Origin: Sporichthyaceae bacterium
GTDB taxonomy: Bacteria > Actinomycetota > Actinomycetes > Sporichthyales > Sporichthyaceae
Direction of reading: 5' to 3'
NCBI GenBank assembly: GCA_036269075.1
Contig: DATASX010000078.1
Span: 15,130 to 79,129 of the forward strand
DNA: 64,000 nt
Shown: positions 58,325-64,000 of the stretch, piece after piece
Numbering within the stretch: position 1 is the stretch's first letter
Layout of the letters: each line of letters begins with the position of its first letter
Translations under genes and position numbers: made by a program
The notes under the pieces: model-generated
Seen by the model: the letters and a program-made list of their open reading frames with translations, nothing else
What the model was told of the DNA's origin: nothing
Databases searched by the model: none

Positions 58325-60273
58325 AGGAATACCTCCCTTATCTGATCTTCGGCGTCGTCACCGGTGCCATCTACGGCATCTGCGCCATGGGTCTGGTGCT
58401 GACGTACAAGACCTCCGGTGTCTTCAACTTCGGGCACGGCGCGGTGTGCGCGCTGTCCGCCTACGCATTCTTCGACCTGCGTCAGCAGCAGGGGATCGCC
58501 TGGCCGGTGGCCGCGATCCTCGTGGTGTTCGTGATGGGTCCGATCGTCGGCCTGTTGATGGAGCGACTGGCCGCCGGGCTGGCCCCGGTGTCCACGGCGT
58601 ACAAGATCGTCGGCACGGTCGGTCTGCTCGTGTTCATCCAGGCGCTGATCGTGCTGCGCTACAGCGGGCAGGGCCGCCGCTTCGACTACTTCCTCCCGCA
58701 GAACCGGGCTTTCTCCGTCCAGGGCGTCAGCGTCACCGTCGATTCGTGCATCACCGTCGGCATCGGTGCCGCCGCTGCCGTCGGGCTGTTCCTGTTCTTC
58801 CGTTACACCCGGCTCGGCACCGCGATCCGCGGCGTGGTCGACGACCCGCAACTGCTCGACATGACGGGTGAATCGCCGACCAAGGTCCGCCGCACCGCGT
58901 GGATCATCGGCTCGATCTTCGCGTCGGCCTCGGGCATTCTCTTCGCCTCCACGCAGCAGCAGGTCGACGTCAATGTGTTGTCGATCCTCATCGTGCAGGC
59001 CTTCGGTGCGGCGACCATCGCCCTGTTCCGCAACCTGCCGATGTGCTTCGTCGGTGGGGTCATCGTCGCTCTCGCGCAAAAGTTGGTCTCGAAGGATCTC
59101 TCGTCCGGGCACGAACAACTGGCCGGCCTGGACCTCACGATCCCCTTCATCGTGTTGTTCGGCGGCCTGCTCGTGATCCCGCGGAAGTACCTGGTGGAGG
59201 TCGGCCGCCAGGTGAAGCCACGTGCGGCCAAGGCAAGTCGGCTCGCCCTGCGCGACCGACGGATTCTCATGGCCGTCATGGTCGGGGTTGCGCTCTCCAT
59301 CCCCGCGTTCTCCGGTACCCACCAGATCGCGTGGAACGTCGCGCTGACCCAGGTCGCGTTGTTCATGTCGCTGCACCTGCTGGTGCGCGTCTCGGGTCAG
59401 ATCTCGTTGGGTCAGATCGGGTTTGCCGCGATCGGCGCCTCGACGTTCGCGCACATGCTCAGCCACGGCCTGCCGTTCCTGCTCGCGCTGCTGATCGCCG
59501 GTCTGGTGTGTGTGCCGGTCTCCCTGGTGATTGCGGTTCCCGCGATCCGGCTGTCGGGTCTCTACCTCGGTCTGGCGACATTGGGCTTCGGCATCGTGCT
59601 GAACCAGTTCTTCTACGCGAAGAAGTACATGTTCGGCTTCGGCAGCGTGGAGACTCAGCGGCCCAGCTTCTGGGACATGGACCGAAGCGACACGCACTAC
59701 TACTACCTGCTGATGGCGATCGCGTTGGCCTCGGTCTGTCTCGTGCTCTGGATCGAGAGGTCCCGGCTGGGTCGCCTGCTCCGCGGGATGGCCGACGCCC
59801 CCGTGGCACTGTCGACGCTCGGGCTCGCGGTCAACGTCTCGCGGACCCTCGTGTTCTGCGTCGCAGGGTTCCTCGCCGGCATCAGCGGCGCACTGTATGC
59901 GTCGATGTTCGGCTCGGTCAGTGCGGAGAGCTACTTCTTCGTGCAATCGCTGATCGTGCTCGCCGTCCTCGCGATCTCCGGGCGCCGCACCTTCGTGTGC
60001 GCCATGGTCGCGCCGGTCCTGCTCTACGTCGTGCCGAACTACATCACCAACCCGAACTTCTTCGAGTGTCTGCAGATGTTCTTCGGCCTTGCCGCGATCG
60101 CTGCCGCGGTCGGCTCGCAGGGCGCCTTCGAGCGCTGGTTTGCAGCGACTGCAGCCCGCTATACATCCCGTCGCGTCGGTCCGGCCTCCGTCCGGGTCGA
60201 GGACTATCTCGAGCAGAAGGCCGGGGGCGCCGTGGCTGCCCTCGACCGCGAGCCGGTTGGAGCTTCCCGATGA
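58321..60273 (+). CDS. fused LivH/LivM-type ABC permease (paralog of 26588..28543)
   Basis: GTG 58321 (VKEYLPYLIFGVVTGAIYGICAMGLVLTYKTSGVFNFGHGA). The second half carries GQISLGQIGFAAIGAS and IRLSGLYLGLATLGFG. Confidence 0.9.
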   Translation: MKEYLPYLIFGVVTGAIYGICAMGLVLTYKTSGVFNFGHGAVCALSAYAFFDLRQQQGIAWPVAAILVVFVMGPIVGLLMERLAAGLAPVSTAYKIVGTVGLLVFIQALIVLRYSGQGRRFDYFLPQNRAFSVQGVSVTVDSCITVGIGAAAAVGLFLFFRYTRLGTAIRGVVDDPQLLDMTGESPTKVRRTAWIIGSIFASASGILFASTQQQVDVNVLSILIVQAFGAATIALFRNLPMCFVGGVIVALAQKLVSKDLSSGHEQLAGLDLTIPFIVLFGGLLVIPRKYLVEVGRQVKPRAAKASRLALRDRRILMAVMVGVALSIPAFSGTHQIAWNVALTQVALFMSLHLLVRVSGQISLGQIGFAAIGASTFAHMLSHGLPFLLALLIAGLVCVPVSLVIAVPAIRLSGLYLGLATLGFGIVLNQFFYAKKYMFGFGSVETQRPSFWDMDRSDTHYYYLLMAIALASVCLVLWIERSRLGRLLRGMADAPVALSTLGLAVNVSRTLVFCVAGFLAGISGALYASMFGSVSAESYFFVQSLIVLAVLAISGRRTFVCAMVAPVLLYVVPNYITNPNFFECLQMFFGLAAIAAAVGSQGAFERWFAATAARYTSRRVGPASVRVEDYLEQKAGGAVAALDREPVGASR

Positions 60274-61850
60274 CCAGCAACCCCCGCACGGGCGCAATGC
60301 CGCGCCGCATCGCTGCGGTCGCAGGCCTGATGGCCCTCGTGATTCCGCTGTCGGCCTGCGGCACCCGGGAGTCGAGCGACCAGATCGCGGCGGCCGATGG
60401 CTCCGCCATTCATCAGGTCGCGGCGGCGGACAGCGGGGCGACGGCGGGTACGAACACCGGCGCTCCGACCGGCGCCACCACGGACACCGGCGCGGTGGCC
60501 GCAGCGCCCGTTGCGGCCACCGGTGGCACGGCCGCCGCGCCCGCTGCCGGCGCGGCCACAACGACCACGCAGGCCGTGAGCGCCAAGGGCCCGACCGCCG
60601 GCGGAACGACTACGGCCGGCGGTACGACCGCCGGTACCAAGGCAAGCAGCGCGAAGAGCAGTGCCGCCGTCTCGACCGGCGGCGCAACCGTCCCGACCGG
60701 GGCGGATGCCCCCTGCACGAAAGCGCTCGGCCCGGTGGTGATCGGGCAGACCTCGCCGTCCTCGGGCATCATCGGCGCCTCGACATTCAACATGCGGGCG
60801 GGCCTCGCGCTGTGGGCTCGGGCCATCAACGCTGCGGGCGGCGTGCAGTGCCACCCGGTGCAGCTGTACCAGATGGACGACGCCGCCGACCCCGCCCGCG
60901 TCACGTCCAACCTCGATGACCTGGTGAACAACAAGCATGCGATCGCGATTGTCGGCGCCGGGGTGCCCACCACCTTCGCCGCGGCGAAGCGGTTCGCCGA
61001 GCAGAACAAGGTGCCCTTCGTGGGCGGGGACATGATCGAGGCCGGCTGGTTCTCCAGCCCGTGGATCTTCCCCCAGGGCGGCGGTCCGCTGGCGGCCTAC
61101 GCCGGTGCAACGAAGGAAGCGGCGGAGAAGGCCGGCACCAAGAAGGTGGGCCTGATCTACTGCGTCGAGGCCGCGATCTGCGGCACCATCAACGAGAACT
61201 TCGAGGCGATGGCCAAGGCCTCGGGCCTCGAGGTGGTGCTGCGCAAGGTCTCCTCGATCACCTCGCCGGACTACACCGCCGAGTGCCAAGCGCTCAAGGC
61301 CGCCGGTGCCCAGGCAGTTTTCGTGGCGCTGGAGGGATCGGGTGACGCCCGCTTCGCCCGCTCGTGCCTCTCGCTGGGTTACGCACCGCCCGCGGCCACC
61401 TCAGCCCTGTCGGTGAGTGCCGAGGCCGCGCTCGACCCGAACTTCCGCAAGCTGGGAGTCTTCCTCGGCACCGGCAACGCGCCCTATCAGGCCGACGACA
61501 CCCCAGGGGGCCGGTTGTTCACGGCGGCCTACGACACGTTCGCGCCGGGCTCGTCCATCGACCAGAACACCATCAGCCAGTGGACCTCGGGCAAGCTGTT
61601 CGAAAAGGCCGTCGCGAACGTCTTCCAGGAGGCGCGCAGCGGCCCGATCACCCGGGAAATGGTGTTGGAGGGTCTCTGGAAGATGAAGAACGAGAAGCTC
61701 AACGGACTCACGCCGGGCGTCACGTTCAACGAGAACGCGCCGCCCAAACAGAACGACTGCTACGCGCTGCTCAACCTGACGCCCACGGGCTACACCGCGC
61801 CCAAGGGCTCGAAGTTCGACTGCTTCGCCGGCCTGCCCAAAGGCTTCTAG
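60270..61850 (+). CDS. lipoprotein substrate-binding protein with long low-complexity linker (paralog of 28540..30069)
   Basis: ATG 60270 overlaps the permease stop (ATGA). Lipobox PLSAC. An Ala/Thr/Gly linker of about 120 aa precedes the SBP domain. Confidence 0.85.
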   Translation: MTSNPRTGAMPRRIAAVAGLMALVIPLSACGTRESSDQIAAADGSAIHQVAAADSGATAGTNTGAPTGATTDTGAVAAAPVAATGGTAAAPAAGAATTTTQAVSAKGPTAGGTTTAGGTTAGTKASSAKSSAAVSTGGATVPTGADAPCTKALGPVVIGQTSPSSGIIGASTFNMRAGLALWARAINAAGGVQCHPVQLYQMDDAADPARVTSNLDDLVNNKHAIAIVGAGVPTTFAAAKRFAEQNKVPFVGGDMIEAGWFSSPWIFPQGGGPLAAYAGATKEAAEKAGTKKVGLIYCVEAAICGTINENFEAMAKASGLEVVLRKVSSITSPDYTAECQALKAAGAQAVFVALEGSGDARFARSCLSLGYAPPAATSALSVSAEAALDPNFRKLGVFLGTGNAPYQADDTPGGRLFTAAYDTFAPGSSIDQNTISQWTSGKLFEKAVANVFQEARSGPITREMVLEGLWKMKNEKLNGLTPGVTFNENAPPKQNDCYALLNLTPTGYTAPKGSKFDCFAGLPKGF

Positions 61851-62531
61851 GTGTCAGCGGCACCGGTGGAAACCCCCACGCCCCGTCAGATAAGACGGCC
61901 GTCGGCGGTCATCCGGGATCTGTTGCTCAACAGCGCGCGACAGTTGTTCGCGGCCAAGGGCTACGCCGGTGCCAGCACACGGCAGATCGCGGAAGAGGCC
62001 GGGGTGCGGGAAGCACTGATCTTCCGGCACTTCGGCAACAAAGCAGGCCTGTTCCGGGCTGCTGTGATCGACCCGTTCCGCGCCATCATCGAAGGTTTCG
62101 TGGACGACTGGGAGGCCGGCCACGAGTCCAACACCATGAGCACCCATGAGATCACCGGCGCCTGGATCACCTCGCTGCACGCGCTGATGCGGCAGCACCG
62201 TGAGTTGGTCATCGCACTGATCACGGCGAACGACTTCGACGAGGAGACCGAGCCCGGCACCCTGCCGATCACCGACGCCTTCGCCGGGCCGATCCGGCGG
62301 CTGGAGAAATTCACCCGTCGGGAGATGGCCGGCCGCGGGTTGGCCACCGATCCCGTCATCGGGGTGCGTGCCACCTTCGGGATGGTGCTGGCCATGGCTG
62401 TGCTCGACGACTGGTTCTTCGCCGGGGTGGCGCGACGCCCCGGCACCGAGGCGGTGACCCGGGAGATGACCGACATGATCGTCTTCGGCATCGCGGGGAA
62501 GACAGTCGCTCACTCCGGAGGGCGGGGTTGA
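61851..62531 (+). CDS. TetR-family transcriptional regulator embedded in the module B operon
   Basis: GTG 61851 lies immediately after the SBP stop. LLNSARQLFAAKGYAGASTRQIAEEAGVREALIFRHFGNKAGLF. Confidence 0.85.
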   Translation: MSAAPVETPTPRQIRRPSAVIRDLLLNSARQLFAAKGYAGASTRQIAEEAGVREALIFRHFGNKAGLFRAAVIDPFRAIIEGFVDDWEAGHESNTMSTHEITGAWITSLHALMRQHRELVIALITANDFDEETEPGTLPITDAFAGPIRRLEKFTRREMAGRGLATDPVIGVRATFGMVLAMAVLDDWFFAGVARRPGTEAVTREMTDMIVFGIAGKTVAHSGGRG

Positions 62532-63232
62532 TGTTCGAACTCAAGGGCGTCCACGCGGGCTACGCGGGCACGACCGTACTGCGCGGCGTCGACCTGGTGG
62601 TGCCCGACGGTGCGGTCGTCGCCCTGCTCGGCGCCAACGGTGCGGGCAAGACCACCCTGCTGCGCTGTGCCTCCGGGCTCATTCACGCCACCGAGGGCTC
62701 CATGAGCCTCGACGGCGAGGACGTCACCCGCAAGGCCCCGCACCAGTTGGTGAAGCGTGGCATCTGCCACGTGCCCGAGGGCCGCGGTATTTTCCCCAGC
62801 CTGACGGTGCGGGACAACTTGGTGCTGCAATCCCCGCGGGGCAAGGAAAACGAATCGATCGAGAAGGCCTGCTCGGCGTTCAAACGCCTGGGCGAGCGAC
62901 TGAATCAGCCCTGCGGCACCATGTCCGGCGGCGAGCAGCAGATGGTCGCCCTGGCCCGTACCTATGTGCAGAACCCCAAGGTCGCCCTGCTCGACGAGGT
63001 CTCCATGGGCCTGGCTCCGAAGATCGTTGACGAGATCTTCGAGTTCCTCGGCCTTCTGCGCGACCAGGGATCCAGCCTGTTGCTGGTCGAGCAGTACGTG
63101 ACGCGCGCGCTGGACGTCGCCGACTACGTGTACCTGCTCAACAAGGGTGAGGTCGTTTTCGTGGGCCAGCCCAGTGAGTTGGACGAGGCTGACGTCTTCA
63201 ACCAGTACGTGGGCGCCGACATCGGCCACTGA
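62531..63232 (+). CDS. ABC transporter ATP-binding protein, LivF-like (paralog of 30907..31605)
   Basis: The ATG overlaps the TetR stop by 1 nt (TGATG). Walker A GANGAGKTT, VPEGRGIFPSLTVRDNL, MSGGEQQMVALAR, ALLDEVSMGL. Confidence 0.9.
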   Translation: MFELKGVHAGYAGTTVLRGVDLVVPDGAVVALLGANGAGKTTLLRCASGLIHATEGSMSLDGEDVTRKAPHQLVKRGICHVPEGRGIFPSLTVRDNLVLQSPRGKENESIEKACSAFKRLGERLNQPCGTMSGGEQQMVALARTYVQNPKVALLDEVSMGLAPKIVDEIFEFLGLLRDQGSSLLLVEQYVTRALDVADYVYLLNKGEVVFVGQPSELDEADVFNQYVGADIGH

Positions 63233-63243
63233 CGAGCGACACG

Positions 63244-64000
63244 TCAGCTCTTCGCCGTGCTCGAGTCCCCTCGCGTGGTCTTGTAGGCGTCCGCGGTCTC
63301 GACGCTCTCCCAGAGCCGGTGCTCCTCGAGGGCGTGGTTGCCCTTGCCCTTGCGATCCTCACGGGCGAAGACCTTCAGCATCGTCTTCGCGGCGTTCTGG
63401 CCGGGCATGCCGCTGATCCCGGCGACCGGGTGAGTGCCGGACCCGGTGAGGAACAGCCCTGGGATTGGCGTCGAGTAACCGGCGAAGCCGACGGCAGGCT
63501 TGTTCGGTCCGAACCGGGTGATCAGCGGGTCGGTGTGGTAGACCGACCCGTCCATGGCGAAGAAGCGCTCCTCGATGTCCGGCAGCATCCGGACGCGACT
63601 GTAGATGTTCAGTTCTTCGAGGCCCTCGTAGTAGTGGTCGCTCTGGCTGATGATCGTCTCGGCGGCCTGCTTCTTCGCAGCTTCCCACCCCATGTGCGGG
63701 TCGTTGGGGGTCAGCCCGGACCAGAACCAGAAGACATCGCCGCCGGGCGGGGCGAAGTGCGAGTTCGACGCCAGTGCGGTCGAGATCTGCGCGAGGCCGG
63801 GAATGTGCTGCGGCATCTCGCCGCGCTTGCAGGCGATCTGCGCTGCCTTCACCTGCTCGTAATTGTGGTAGCCATTCGCCGGCAGGCGCGGGTCGAGATT
63901 GTCCTTGCGCTTGGCCTTGATCTTGTCCATCCGGATCTGACCCTTGGTCAGCACGTCGAGTTTCATGTCGGCGAAGCCGCGCGATCGGGTCGGGATGTTC
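63244..64000 (-). CDS. phytoene-desaturase-family flavoprotein, C-terminal part (gene continues past right edge)
   Basis: Paralog of 17223..18833 (VYHTDPLITRFGPNKPAVGFAGYSTPIPGLFLTGSGTHPVAGI versus VYHVDPLITRFGPMRPAPGFGKYRTPVPGLYLSGAGTHPTGGV). The reading frame stays open upstream of Met 63966 to the window end. Confidence 0.8.
   Translation of the reverse strand, partial: NIPTRSRGFADMKLDVLTKGQIRMDKIKAKRKDNLDPRLPANGYHNYEQVKAAQIACKRGEMPQHIPGLAQISTALASNSHFAPPGGDVFWFWSGLTPNDPHMGWEAAKKQAAETIISQSDHYYEGLEELNIYSRVRMLPDIEERFFAMDGSVYHTDPLITRFGPNKPAVGFAGYSTPIPGLFLTGSGTHPVAGISGMPGQNAAKTMLKVFAREDRKGKGNHALEEHRLWESVETADAYKTTRGDSSTAKS

Noticed and set aside
58018-60561. 847-aa minus-strand ORF (also 28300..30258, 30847..32250 and 26126..27229 on the minus strand)
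   Set aside because: Antisense to ABC permease, SBP and ATPase genes that carry unmistakable transporter motifs. The composition is Arg/Asp/Gly-rich and there are no hydrophobic segments or motifs.
1-64000. Mobile elements, prophage, CRISPR arrays, rRNA/tRNA genes
   Set aside because: I recognised no transposase, integrase or recombinase-like ORF, no regularly spaced repeat-spacer array, and no tRNA-like or rRNA-like sequence. The two duplicated regions (the ABC cassettes and the tandem hydrolase units) are diverged paralogs without terminal inverted repeats.

Overview
This is a very GC-rich, actinobacterial-type chromosomal segment. It shows strong G/C bias at third codon positions, frequent GTG/TTG starts, many ATGA/GTGA start-stop overlaps, and lipoprotein lipoboxes followed by long Ala/Thr/Gly linkers. 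I call about 60 protein genes. I recognised no rRNA, tRNA, CRISPR array, transposase or integrase.

Most of the window is a densely regulated lipid/terpenoid/steroid-like catabolic island:
- 3 cytochrome P450s and one ferredoxin reductase
- a Baeyer-Villiger monooxygenase
- 2 luciferase-like (LLM) oxidoreductases
- 2 acyl-CoA synthetases and 3 crotonase-type hydratases
- an SCPx-type thiolase with a split MaoC hydratase pair and an SDR
- 2 phytoene-desaturase-like flavoproteins
- at least 7 TetR genes (one a tandem double-TetR) and a GAF-PucR regulator

The most unusual content is a three-gene envelope module that occurs twice, at 24.3-26.6 kb and 56.0-58.3 kb:
- a signal-peptide protein of about 480 aa with a Pro/Ala stalk and a C-terminal TM anchor
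- a conserved 2-TM miniprotein of about 100 aa
- a 2-TM protein of about 180-200 aa ending in an Ada-like H-x3-C-x23-C-x2-C metal-binding motif

Each copy is translationally coupled to a fused LivH/LivM-type ABC permease and a long-linker lipoprotein substrate-binding protein. I cannot assign this trio to any characterised family from memory.

Other notable items:
- two tandem paralogous NlpC/P60-like secreted proteins, each preceded by a conserved structured leader whose GGGACCCCA element is complementary to the start-codon region (riboswitch/attenuator-like, possibly ydaO/c-di-AMP class)
- clear palindromic operators in several TetR divergent promoters
- a DUF433/DUF5615-like toxin-antitoxin-like pair
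- a 1255-aa fused ABC exporter

All family calls come from by-eye motif recognition. No database search was run.
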